Source: Azolla caroliniana
Taxonomy: Eukaryota > Plantae > Polypodiophyta
DNA length: 64,000 bases
Reading direction: 5' to 3'
NCBI GenBank assembly: GCA_043228905.1
Contig: JBHGNT010000062.1
Span: 1 to 64,000, forward strand
Shown: piece by piece, positions 51,935 through 63,434 of the stretch
Numbering within the stretch: the stretch's first letter is position 1
How the letters are laid out: each line of letters starts with the position of its first letter
Notes under the pieces: generated by a model
What the model was told of the DNA's origin: nothing
Database searches by the model: none
Seen by the model: the letters and a program-made list of their open reading frames with translations, nothing else
Translations under genes and position numbers: made by a program

Positions 51935-54061
51935 ATGAAAGGGTCGGATCTTGCAGAGGCCATGGCTTCGGCCGTGGATCGGATATTGAGTCTACGCGAG
52001 GGCACCGGCGCCCTCGACAGAGCCATTGAGGCGGTCGTCGGTACGATCGGCCGGTTCAGCGGAAAGGATGCCACGAAGTATTTGGCGTCCTACGGGGCAG
52101 AAATGTTGATGTGGGATATTCCGAAAGAGAGGCTTCTTGCCGGGTTTCCTCGAGTGGTGATGCCGAGCATCCATGCGGAGGTGCTCGAGGTGCGGGCGGA
52201 GAGCCGTACCTGGGAGGAGTTCGAAGGCCGACTCCTAGAAAAATACGGGCTGGACGACGCGCTCCGGCTTTCAAAACGGGACTTCATGGAATGGGTGGAG
52301 TCCCCCGGCAAGGGAAGAAACGCGTCGGCACTCCTCCGGGAGTTCGAAGAACGCTTTGCGCGCCTTTCGGCGCTTGACCGAACCGTTCTGGATACGAGCT
52401 GGGTCCTATTGTTCGTCAAGTCGGCGGATGAGCGGGACAGAGATCAAGTCGGCTCCTTGCTGGAAACCGAAGACGGGCTGACAACCGACTGGGCTGCGGT
52501 TAAGAGAGTCTGTGGCCGTTTCGACAAACGGCGAGAATGGGCTGACAACGGGGCGGCCGGCGCAGGCTCTGTCACAGCAAGGAGGCTTGAACCGGCACCA
52601 CAAGTACGAAGGGAAGAAACCCGGGAATGGCTCGAAACCGGTCCGGCTTCGACCGGCATGGTCAATGGCTCGTCCGGACGAGCAGCGCTGGAGGAGTTGA
52701 CGCGGGCGATAAAGGATCTCCAGATCGCCTAGACTCGAAGGGAAGGCGGCGAACCGGCTCGTGACCGACGACCGGCAGCGGGGAACAGGTGCATGTGGTG
52801 CGACGATGTCGGCCACATTCGGAAGGACTGCGGCGATTTCGCAGAGGCGTTGAGGAACCGGGTGGTGTACCTGTGGGAAGGCCGGGTGCACACCGGCGAC
52901 ACCAGGAGGGCCCGGAACCGAAACGACGGGCGAGGAGGTATGAAGAGACTGATGGAAGAGGCAGCGGCCCGACACGTAGAGGCCATCCACTACTCGGCAT
53001 CGGCCGGAATTCGGGTCGGGGGCAGCGAGGCCCGAACAGAGGGCAAAGACGGATTCTGGTCGGCAATGCTGGGAGGTCTTGCCGGCGCACGGCTAAGGAA
53101 AGATGAAACGGACCACGCTAAGAGACGGGTCCGGGAAATAACCGGGTGGAGCGATCCGGTCGAGGAGAAGACGGGCTTCGTAGAAGCTGCCTGCCGGAAC
53201 TACAAGGCTTTGGTAGAAGACAAATGAGTGGGGAAAGCCGGAGCGGCCGGGCCCTCACAACGGTACGAGATCCGATTCGGGCAACGACGGAACGATGCTG
53301 GCGGGTCCAGCTCGCAAGATAACCCCAGGAAGGGCGGATACTGATTGGGGACGGAAATAGAAAGGACTACGGACCTACGAAAGGTCCTAGAAGAATGGAT
53401 CCTCGACAGCAAAGTGGAGCTGTCATTGCGGGAGGTGCTAGGGATCGCCAAGAAGGAGTTCCACGACTCCATTGTAGACTTGGTGAAACGGAAGAGGCTG
53501 TTGACGGAGACGGAACCGGAAAGACCGGTAGAGGTGCGAACGACGCACATCGACGACTCGGCGCTGGCAGATGAGTGGGCGGAGAGCCACTATTCGAGGC
53601 CACACTGGGCCCGAGCGACCACGGAGACCCCGGTAAAGATCGGAGATGTTCAGGAACCGGTGGTGGCATTGGTGGACCACGGTTCGGAAATAAACCTGAT
53701 GTCCATGGACTTCTATAAGAAGGGGAAGTGGCCGATCAACACCAAGCACAGGTGGAAGATACGGGCGGCGACGCGCGCCACCGAGGAACTGCATGGGGCC
53801 TGCCCGAACGTGCGAGTCAAGATCAGCGACGTCGAGATTGACCAGCACTTCTTCGTACAGGAGACGTCCTCGCACCCGGTCATATTAGGTGAACCATACA
53901 TCACGGCGGTGCGGATGGAGACCAAAGTGTTGGACAATGGGTCGGCCTACGCGAGGGTCAAAAGCCAGGACGAGCGCCATTCGGTCCAATTTCTGACGGT
54001 GCGGCCGAACCACGAGAGAAACCATGAATCCCTCAGTGGCGAGAACCGGGAGGATTTTTAG
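51935..54061 (+). pseudogene. gag: G1b gag-pro (708 codons, three in-frame stops, no net frameshift)
   Basis: Same length (2127 nt) as 48680-50806. Stops at 52730, 53225 and 53342. Confidence 0.9.
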
Positions 54062-54116
54062 AGAGGGCTGCCAAGGCATGGGGCCGAGACAGCCCGGACA
54101 CTCGGAAAGGACCCCA
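54052..54116 (+). promoter_or_regulatory. Putative -1 ribosomal frameshift signal (G_GAT_TTT, 6-nt spacer, stem-loop or pseudoknot)
   Basis: The -1 frame is open from the heptamer into the RT ORF. GGGCTG 54065-70 pairs with CAGCCC 54090-95, and TGGGG 54079-83 with CCCCA 54112-16. Confidence 0.72.
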
Positions 54117-57100
54117 CGACTGTACGATAAGTAGGAAATTCTGCTTCTCCAACAACGGAGGGTGTATGATAGTCGGCATCGTCGGCCGAGAAAAGGCAAG
54201 GGCGGAGGAGCGACTTCGAGCGTGCGGAGTTCTCGGCCCGGACGAGGAAATCAGCGGGGCCGTGGAGGCGGTCTCCTTCGACGACACCTTGGGGATGCTG
54301 AGGAAGGTAGCCGGAGAAGACCTTAACGAAGACCGGATGATACCGGTATGTTCTGAAGAGATGTACGGAGTCATCGCGGACTTCAGTCAGGGGCTCGGGT
54401 CGGATCGGACAACCCGAGTTAGCACGAAGTACAAGACTGTGGACCGGAAGGTAAGGCCAGTCGCGGCACCCTTACCGGAGGGCAGCGAGTCCCGAATCAG
54501 AGGGGTTGCGTCGGATCCCAGTTTACGAGATCCGGCCTGCATAGGACACACCTTCACCAACGGGACGCTCCGGGAGCTCAAAATCGGTGGGGGCGGGTTC
54601 CTACTGCCGGCGAAGGAAGACCGGTTTCGGAGAATGCTCGGAAGGCACGGGAAAGCCTTCGCATTCTCGCCGGAAGAGATCGGGTGCGTAGACCCGACAA
54701 TCGTGGAGCCGATGGTGATATTCATGGTACCGCATGTGCCGTGGAATCTCAAGCCCATTCCGGTACCAAGAGCTCACATCCCGAAGTTGATGGAGCTATT
54801 GAGGCAAAAAGTCGATATGGGCATTCTCGAACCGTCGAGTGCCCCATACTCGAACCGATGGTTTACCGTACCAAAGAAAAACGGAACAATGCGCTTCATT
54901 CAGGACCTGCAGCCGGTCAACAGAGTGACCGTTCGGAACGCAGGAATTAGACCGACCATAGACGAGTTCGCAGAGGCCTTGGCCGGAAGGTCGATTTACT
55001 CGGTCGGTGATCTGTACTTGGGGTACGACCAGTTCCAGCTAGCCGTGGAGAGCAGAGACATTACGACGATGCGAACCCCCCTCGGCCTAGTGCGAATGTG
55101 TACCCTGCCACAAGGAGGGACCAACTCGGTAGCCCACATGGTGAATGCAATGAACAAGGTACTGAGGGATTGCATCCCGGACATCACCATGTCGTTTCTA
55201 GACGACATCCCGATCAAGGGGTGCCCGGTGGAGGAGAAGGACGAGACAGTCGGGCCGGACGGATGCCGGCGATTCGTGGCGACACACATCAACGACTGCG
55301 AGAAGGTGCTACAAAGGCTAGAGGATGCGAGGCTCACCTTCTCCGGGGAGAAATCGGCCTTCGGGCAATCGGAAATCCTAGTGGTCGGACACCTATGTGG
55401 ACCATATGGCCGGAAGCAGTCTCCGGCAAAGGTAGAAGCCATCTCCGCGATGAAGACCGACTGTAGCTCGGTTACGGAAGTTCGGAGGTTCCTGGGGGCA
55501 TGCGCATTCTACCACATATGGATCCCGCATTACGCCCACGTTGCGGAGCCGCTATACGGGTTGCTGAAGAAAGGGCGAAAATTCGAATGGCGAGACGAGC
55601 ACACGGAGTCGGTCCGGAAGCTGAAGGAAGCTCTTGCGGTAGCACCGGCGCTTCGGAAGGCTGTCTATGGGAAGGGTACCCCGGTATACATAACAGTGGA
55701 TACGAGTCCGACCGGGATCGGATGGGTCGTCAACCAAGAGGACAAGAACGGCATTCGGTTCCCGATCCGATTCGGCGTGAAGGTCCTCAGTGAACGACAG
55801 CGAGGGTACGCCCAGGTTAAACGCGAACTCTGGGGTATCGTTTCGGCAGTAAAGGCCGACAAAGACTACCTGATCGGGGCAGAAGTGGTTATCGAGACGG
55901 ATTGCCTGCCGATTCTCGGCATGGTTTCCGGATGCGCGACACCGGACCTGGCGATGCTCTGGTAGATAGCGTACATCAAGTCCCTGGACCCGGAAATACG
56001 GCACATTTCCGGAAAGGACAACGCCATGGCCGACATGCTTTCGAGGGCGAGGTTTGATGACGAGGGTGGCATGGTTTCGGAGGACGAAGAAGTCGGCGTG
56101 GACTTCTTCGAGGCGGCGTACGTAACGACCGATGGGACGAGCACTCCGGCACTTAACGACTTCGACGAGAGCAGGTACGATGGCGAGTGGCTCCAGATCG
56201 GTGGATATTTGAGGACAATGACACCGGATGCGTCATGGACGAAGGACGAGGCCAACCGGATCCGAAAGAAAGCATACCGATTCTTTCTCCGGGATGGACA
56301 CTTATGGAAGCACCCGAAGAAGAGGAACGGCGTCCCGCTCCGGGTGGTGGCGATGAAGGAAGAACAAGAGGAGCTGCTGACGGCCTACCACGACAGCCCT
56401 TGGGCTGGACACCGTGGAACGTGGGCCACGTTCGAGAAGATAAAGGGGAAGTACTGGTGGCCAGGACTGTACCGGGACGTGCATCGGTTCGTGACAACTT
56501 GCGAGAGTTTTCAGATGCACTCCATAGTCCGACATCGGGAGGAGCTTCACCCTACGTATCCTCCGACCATCCACTTCAAATGGATGGTAGATCTAGTGAC
56601 GATGCCGATGGGAGGAGGACAGATGCGGTATCTGGTCCTGGCTCGGGAAGATCTGACGAACCAGGTGGAAGGCTGAGCCCTTCAGAACCAAACGGCTGCG
56701 GCCGTATGTCGGTTCCTGATCGAGGACGTGATATGCCGGTACGGGTGCGTCGGGAAGATCGTGCCTGATCGCGGGGAGTTGGACGCCGAAGAGGCCGAGG
56801 AGCTGTTCGACCGGCTAGGAGTCAAGCTTTCGCTTACCACTGCGTACAATCCGGAGGCAAATGGGAAGGTGGAGCGCGGACACGGACCGATCATCAAGGC
56901 GTTAGTTCGGGCATGCGGAGGTCAAGTCGGGAACTGGCCGCGGCTGCTGCCTTACGCGTTGTGGGCGGACCGAACTACGCACAGTTCGGTAACCGGATTC
57001 ATGCCGGTAGAACTCATGTTTGGGCAGAAGCTGGTCATGCCGATGGAACGTACGATCTCCTCATGGGCAACCGTGGACTGGAGAGACGAGATGAGCCGGG

Positions 57101-57525
57101 AGGAACTACTGGCGGCGCGTATACGACAGCTCAAGCGAAGACCGGAGGACGTGGAGCAGGCTGCGGAAAAGCTTCGGGAAGCAAGGATGAGGAACAAAGC
57201 CCGGTTCGACCGAACGCACCGGCTCCGACCGAAGAAGATTGAGGAAGGCGACTGGGTGCTAGTCTACAACAGCAGCCTTCACAACCAGCACCGAGCGACA
57301 CGGAAGTTCGCAAGAAGGTGGTTCGGGCCTTACGTGGTACAAAGCGCCAACGACAACGGGACATACCATCTGGCGGAACTCGACGGTACGAGAATGGCGA
57401 TACCGGTAGCGGGGAAGCAGATCAAAGCGTTCAAGAAGCGTCACGACGACGAGCCGGATCCGGTTGGCCTGGACCGCGACGACGAACGATCCGAAACCGA
57501 GGAAGAACCGACGGGCGGGGAATGA
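54058..57525 (+). pseudogene. pol: G1b pol (linker, RT, RNase H, integrase with GPY/F, no chromodomain), two in-frame stops
   Basis: ORFs 54166-55965, 56026-56676 and 56728-57525 share one frame. LPQGGTNS, FLDD, YHDSPWAGH..TCES, AYNPEANGKVERGH, RWFGPY. Confidence 0.92.
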
Positions 57526-58136
57526 CGGCTGGACCGGTTTTCTCCGTCCCAACTCAATTTGGCGCATGCCGGTGGATGCGCGGTTAGGTGGGGGCGTATG
57601 TCGTGAAGAAAACCGTCCACAAGCGGAATCGGTGCACAGGAGCGTAGGAACCGGCTCTTCTCGAATGTTGCCCATAGAAGATCCTAGGCAGGTAGATTTA
57701 GTGGGTAGGAAGAAAGGGGGGAAACGGCTCCTTCCATGCCTATAAAAGGAGGGAGACGAGAAAGGGGGAGGGGATCGCGGAGAGTCGAGGACAAAGTGTT
57801 GTCGGTTTGCGTGCGAAGGCTTCTCTCTCTCTCTCTGGTTCGCAAACTCCATAGCTTCCTTCTATGCAGGTTTTGGGAGGCTCGCGCTGCTCTGAGGAAT
57901 GCCCGAGTGCTTCCGGCAGCACCTCCAACCTGCTCCTATCTTTCTATGCATTTACGAACAGGCATCGGCATCTGTTCGCCGGCCTGTTCGGTTGTAACCG
58001 ACTTCGTGTTTTTGTTGCTTCCGTGTTCTTGTTGTTGTCTTGTTAATATATACATACATTCGTGTCTCTCTGTGTCGCTGTCCCACTCGCGTCTTTGTGT
58101 CGAAGGACCGCGTCCATGTGAATCTACGCTCGCACG

Positions 58137-61100
58137 TGTTGAGAATCAACGCTTCGATTCACCTTCTTCACTCGGCCACAACCGAGTAATTGCGGATCAA
58201 TGGAGCAGAAAATAGGAACCAAAAAAAGAAATACACGAGTACACAGTGATTAACGTGGAAAACCCTAGATGGGAAAAACCACGGGAGTACAAGACTCCAA
58301 ACAACACTATACAAAGAGAAGTATACAATGACGAGCTCCAAGGCGACAACCTTGAGCTCGCTGTCCTCGCCACAGGCGGCGGAAATACACAGAGGCGTCG
58401 TCCTCTTCCTCTCTCGCGCTCTATCTCTCTCTCTCTCTCTCTCACGGCTGCTTACTCTTCACTCCTCTTGAGTGGAAAAAACAGAAAAATGAGAAGCAAC
58501 GACAAAACAGTTTGCCCTAAGTCATATTTATACTCATATGACTTTGGGCTATTTACAACTGTAGCCTCAGGGGCCCATAGCGAACATATTCACGGATATG
58601 TCCCTGCATCCGGATCGCTCTCCGGGTACATTCGTCATCCGGTACCGAAACCGGGGTCTTCGTCATCCGGATCCGAAACCGACAACCGGATCCGACCATC
58701 CCATCCGAAGGGACCGTAATCCCAACAAACTCCCCCTTCACTTCGGCATGGGATGTTTCTCCAATCCGATCCTCTTCCGGCATGCTTCCAGCTTGTCGGG
58801 TGTGAGCACCTTGGTCAGCATATCCGACCCGTTCTCGTCCGTGTGGATCTTCGTCAGCACGAACTCCTTGTCTTCTATCCTTTCCCGGATCCAGTGATAT
58901 CTTCGCTGGATGTGCTTCGTCCGGGAGTGATAGGCCGCGTTCTTTGCAAGGTGGATTGCACTCTGACTGTCGCAGTAGAGTCGGTACTCCTCCTGCCGGA
59001 TACCGAGCTCTCTAATGAAGTCCTTCATCCATATTATTTCCTTGCCGGCTTCAACAGCCGCCATGTACTCCGCCTCCGTGGTTGACAACGCAACCGTCTT
59101 CTGCAGCCTCGACTGCCACGAAACAGCTCCCCCTGCATACGTCATCACATACCCTGATGTGGACCGGCTGGTATCTGCATCAGCCGACATATCAGAATCA
59201 GTAAAGCCTTCGAGTTCGGGCTTACCGGAGCCGAATCGGAGGCACACGTTTGCCGTGCCCTTCAGGTATCGGAGTATCCACTTGACCGCGTTCCAGTGCT
59301 CTTTGCCGGGATTGCTCATGTACCGGCTCACCACTCCGACTGCATATCCTATGTCCGGTCTCGTACACACCATGGCGTACATCAAGCTCCCGACGGCTGA
59401 GGCATACGGCACTTCCATCATATCCTCCTTTTCAGCCTTTGTCTTGGGACTTTGCTTGCTGGTCAGCTTGCAGTTTGTCGGGAGGGTCGATCCGACCGGT
59501 CTCGCTTCCGACATGTTGAACCGGTGAAGCACCTTCGTCACGTACTTCTCCTGTGACAGCCCCAACTGCTTCTTCTTCCGGTCCCGGATGATGTGCATCC
59601 CTAGTATTTGCCTCGCCGGACCCAGGTCCTTCATTGAGAAGGTTCGGTGAAGAGCCTTCTTCAGCATCCGTATCTTGACCTGGTCCCGTCCGACGATCAA
59701 CATGTCGTCCACGTACAGGAGGAGTATTAGAGAGTCTCCTCCTTCGAACTTCTTCACAAACACGCAGTGGTCGGACTGCGTTTTGAGGTACCCTTCGTCG
59801 GTCATGAAGGAGTCGAACTTCCGGTACCATTGCCGGGGAGCCTGCTTCAGTCCGTAAAGGCTCTTCTTCAACCGGCATACCAGGTGCTCCTTCCCTTTCT
59901 TCTCGAATCCTTCCGGTTGCTGCATGTAGATCTCTTCATCGAGGTCACCGTGAAGGAATGCCGTCTTCACGTCCATCTGTTCTACCTCGAGGTCCATGCT
60001 TGCCGCTATGCTCAGCACCGTCCGGATAGAGGTCATCTTCACTACCGGGGCAAATATCTCGTCGAAGTCGACGCCCTTCTTCTGCTGAAACCCCTTCACC
60101 ACGATCCTGGCTTTGTATCTCGGGGGGTTTCCGGCATCTCCCGGTTTCAGCTTGAACACCCACTTGTTTCGAAGTGCCCGCTTTCCTTTCGGCAACTCCA
60201 CAAGTTCATATGTGTGGTTCTCATGCAGGGAATCCATCTCGTCCTGCATGGCACTCAACCACTTGCGGCTCTGGGTGTCATGCTTTGCTTCTTCAAAGCT
60301 CTCCGGCTCCCCCTCGTCGGTTAGTAGCACGTGCTCTGGTTCCGGAAATCTCCGGGGGGCCCTTCTCTCTCTTAGAGGATATCTCCGTTCCGGAGCTTCG
60401 GTAACCGGTTCTCCCGATTCTTCTTCTTCATCCGAATCCATTTCGGGATCGGGAACGGTTCCGGTATCATTTTCATCTTCCTCGGCCGGTTCTCTTTCTT
60501 CACCGTCTTCGGCCGGATCCTCGAGTGCTAACCGGTCCCTTGCCGGTCGGGACTGCTCCTCGTAGAGTTTATCCTCACCAGTCGACTTGGAGCTCTTCAT
60601 CTTCTTCTCCGACTCCCAGTCGGTGAGTGTCTCGTCCTCCATAAAGACGATATCTCGACTCCTGAATATCTTCTTGTCGACCGGGTCCCATACTCGGTAG
60701 CCGAACTCGTCGTCGCCGTAACCGAGGAATATGCATGGCCGGGTCTTCGGATCTAGCTTTCCTCTCCGGTCCTTCGCCACGTGCACGTATGCGAGACACC
60801 CGAACACCTTCAGATGCCGGTAGGATACTTCCCTACCGGTCCACACTCTCTGCGGCGTGTCTCCGTCCAAAGGTACTGAGGGTGATCTGTTTATCACATA
60901 TGTCGCCGTCGACATTGCCTCAGCCCAAAATCCCTTGGGTAATTTCGCATGTGCCAGCATACTCCGGACCCTCTCCATTATGGTCCGGTTCATCCTCTCG
61001 GCCAGCCCGTTCAGTTCCGGCGTCTTCGGCACAGTAAATTCGAGTCGGATTCCCTTCGAGCGACAGTACTCCTGGAACTGCCCCCGGTATTCCCCTCCGT

Positions 61101-63434
61101 TATCCGCTCGTATTGCTTTCAGCTTCTTGCCGGATTCTCTTTCCACTCTCGCGTGGAGTTCTTTGAAGACGCACAACACTTGGTCCTTTGTCTTCATCGG
61201 TGCCGTCCACAGTTTTCGGCTATGATCATCGATGAATGTTACGAAGTACTGGGCTCCGCCATGTGACTTCGTTTCTACTTGACACACGTCCGTGTGCACC
61301 AACTCCAATGGTGCACTGCGTCTCGTCGGTGGCCTTGAGTGGAAGGAAGTTCGGTTCTGCTTACCGGCCAGGCAATCGGTGCACTTCTCCAGGTGCACAT
61401 GCTTCACTGGGATAAGGTTGTCTTCTGCAAGCCTCTTCATCCCCTTCTCACTCATGTGGCACAGTCTTTTGTGCCACAGCTCACCGGCAGTGTCGGCTGC
61501 CACGTTCAGCTCTTCCGGACACAACCAGGCATTCATCAGGTACAGTGTGTTGACCTTCCGGGCCCGAGCCACTATCAAGCTCCCCTTGCTGAACTTCATG
61601 ACACCGTTCCGGATGCTACCCGTGTAGCCTTCATCATCTAGCCTCCCGGCCGAAATCAGGTTCAGTCGGACCTCCGGAACGTGTCGGACATTCTTCAGCA
61701 GCATTTTGCATCCGGTCGGGGTTGTCAACCACACGTCTCCTATGCCGGCAATCCGGCACGTACCTTCGTTTCCCATCCGAACGCAGCCATGCTCCCCGGC
61801 TGTGTAGGATGAGAAGTATCTTCTCTCCGGGGTCAGGTGGAACGATGCTCCGGAATCGACCACCCAGGTCGTCTCATCGCCGGCAATGTTTAGCTCACCT
61901 TCTTCGGTGATGAGCATGATTTCTTCTTCACTTGCCGCGAGTGCCGTCGTTCCTTTCCGGTCCTGCCCTCGCCGATCCGAACCTCTCCGGTCCGTGGCTC
62001 CCCGGTATGCACCGTTTCTCTCCGGTGACTTCTTCGAATCGGTGTCGTCGGCTCCGTTGTCTTTTCGGTAATGCCGACAGTTCTTTCGGAAGTGCCCCGG
62101 CTTCCCACAGTGGAAGCATGTGGGCCTTCCTCTTGACTGCGACCGGGTCCCCGACTTCTCCCGTCTTTGCGGACTCCGGTTCCATTGTCTTCCCCGATCC
62201 GATTCGGTAAATAGCATCTTCGGTTCGGAGGCCGGTTCCTTGTCTCTCCGACGCGCTTCTTCGTTCAAGATACTTGTCTTTACCGTTTGCAAGGACAAGT
62301 TATCTTCGGTGCAGGAGGTGCTGAGAGTCACCACCAAGTTCTCCCAGCTGTCCGGCAATGTACACATCAAGATGATGGCTTGCATTGCATCCTCCAGCGG
62401 GAACTTGATCGCCGCAAGCTGATTCACGAATCCCATGAACGTGCTTACGTGTTCCACCATACTCTCGCCGTCCCGGTACTTGAGATTCACAATCTTCCTC
62501 ATCAGGGAGGTCCGGTTCAACGCATTCTTCCTCTCGTAGAGGCCCGACAGCTTCTTCCACATTTCATATGCGTTGGTGTCGTTCGCCACATGTTGTAGGA
62601 CGCTTACATCGACATATTGTCGGATCGTTGCTACGGCTTTCCGGTTCAGGAGCTTCCACTCCGACTCAAGTACCCCCTTCGGTATTTCCGACCTGTCAAT
62701 CGGTTCGTACAGGTCCCGAACAATCAGAAGATCCTCCATCTTGATCTTCCAGTCGGCGTAATTCTGTGCGTTCAGCACCATCATCCCCGGCTGCCCGCTG
62801 CCGCCGCCTTCCATTTTCTGCAACAGTCGCTCTGATACCAGTTTGTTGAGAATCAACGCTTCGATTCACCTTCTTCACTCGGCCACAACCGAGTAATTGC
62901 GGATCAATGGAGCAGAAAATAGGAACCAAAAAAAGAAATACACGAGTACACAGTGATTAACGTGGAAAACCCTAGATGGGAAAAACCACGGGAGTACAAG
63001 ACTCCAAACAACACTATACAAAGAGAAGTATACAATGACGAGCTCCAAGGCGACAACCTTGAGCTCGCTGTCCTCGCCACAGGCGGCGGAAATACACAGA
63101 GGCGTCGTCCTCTTCCTCTCTCGCGCTCTATCTCTCTCTCTCTCTCTCTCACGGCTGCTTACTCTTCACTCCTCTTGAGTGGAAAAAACAGAAAAATGAG
63201 AAGCAACGACAAAACAGTTTGCCCTAAGTCATATTTATACTCATATGACTTTGGGCTATTTACAACTGTAGCCTCAGGGGCCCATAGCGAACATATTCAC
63301 GGATATGTCCCTGCATCCGGATCGCTCTCCGGGTACATTCGTCATCCGGTACCGAAACCGGGGTCTTCGTCATCCGGATCCGAAACCGACAACCGGATCC
63401 GACCATCCCATCCGAAGGGACCGTAATCCCAACA
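58137..63434 (-). mobile_element. Copia C (Tork/Tnt1-like), intact, 591-bp LTRs, 5-bp TSD GCACG
   Basis: LTRs 58137-58727 and 62844-63434 look identical. iMet PBS 62829-62840. PPT 58730-58741. TSD at 58132-58136 and 63435-63439. Confidence 0.97.
58738..62814 (-). CDS. gag-pol: Intact Gag-Pol polyprotein (1358 aa from ATG 62814): Gag, zinc knuckle, PR, IN, RT, RH
   Basis: CFHCGKPGHFRKNC, WVVDSGASFH, WHKRLCH..CTDC, LVHTDVC, RADNGGEY, LLYVDDMLI, GFTDSD, TEAEY, TKHIQRRYH. Confidence 0.96.
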   Translation of the reverse strand: MEGGGSGQPGMMVLNAQNYADWKIKMEDLLIVRDLYEPIDRSEIPKGVLESEWKLLNRKAVATIRQYVDVSVLQHVANDTNAYEMWKKLSGLYERKNALNRTSLMRKIVNLKYRDGESMVEHVSTFMGFVNQLAAIKFPLEDAMQAIILMCTLPDSWENLVVTLSTSCTEDNLSLQTVKTSILNEEARRRDKEPASEPKMLFTESDRGRQWNRSPQRREKSGTRSQSRGRPTCFHCGKPGHFRKNCRHYRKDNGADDTDSKKSPERNGAYRGATDRRGSDRRGQDRKGTTALAASEEEIMLITEEGELNIAGDETTWVVDSGASFHLTPERRYFSSYTAGEHGCVRMGNEGTCRIAGIGDVWLTTPTGCKMLLKNVRHVPEVRLNLISAGRLDDEGYTGSIRNGVMKFSKGSLIVARARKVNTLYLMNAWLCPEELNVAADTAGELWHKRLCHMSEKGMKRLAEDNLIPVKHVHLEKCTDCLAGKQNRTSFHSRPPTRRSAPLELVHTDVCQVETKSHGGAQYFVTFIDDHSRKLWTAPMKTKDQVLCVFKELHARVERESGKKLKAIRADNGGEYRGQFQEYCRSKGIRLEFTVPKTPELNGLAERMNRTIMERVRSMLAHAKLPKGFWAEAMSTATYVINRSPSVPLDGDTPQRVWTGREVSYRHLKVFGCLAYVHVAKDRRGKLDPKTRPCIFLGYGDDEFGYRVWDPVDKKIFRSRDIVFMEDETLTDWESEKKMKSSKSTGEDKLYEEQSRPARDRLALEDPAEDGEEREPAEEDENDTGTVPDPEMDSDEEEESGEPVTEAPERRYPLRERRAPRRFPEPEHVLLTDEGEPESFEEAKHDTQSRKWLSAMQDEMDSLHENHTYELVELPKGKRALRNKWVFKLKPGDAGNPPRYKARIVVKGFQQKKGVDFDEIFAPVVKMTSIRTVLSIAASMDLEVEQMDVKTAFLHGDLDEEIYMQQPEGFEKKGKEHLVCRLKKSLYGLKQAPRQWYRKFDSFMTDEGYLKTQSDHCVFVKKFEGGDSLILLLYVDDMLIVGRDQVKIRMLKKALHRTFSMKDLGPARQILGMHIIRDRKKKQLGLSQEKYVTKVLHRFNMSEARPVGSTLPTNCKLTSKQSPKTKAEKEDMMEVPYASAVGSLMYAMVCTRPDIGYAVGVVSRYMSNPGKEHWNAVKWILRYLKGTANVCLRFGSGKPELEGFTDSDMSADADTSRSTSGYVMTYAGGAVSWQSRLQKTVALSTTEAEYMAAVEAGKEIIWMKDFIRELGIRQEEYRLYCDSQSAIHLAKNAAYHSRTKHIQRRYHWIRERIEDKEFVLTKIHTDENGSDMLTKVLTPDKLEACRKRIGLEKHPMPK

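Noticed and set aside
58246-58719. 157-aa ORF repeated at 62953-63426
   Set aside because: It lies entirely within the duplicated LTR, runs through a microsatellite and has no ATG start. Identity reflects LTR youth.
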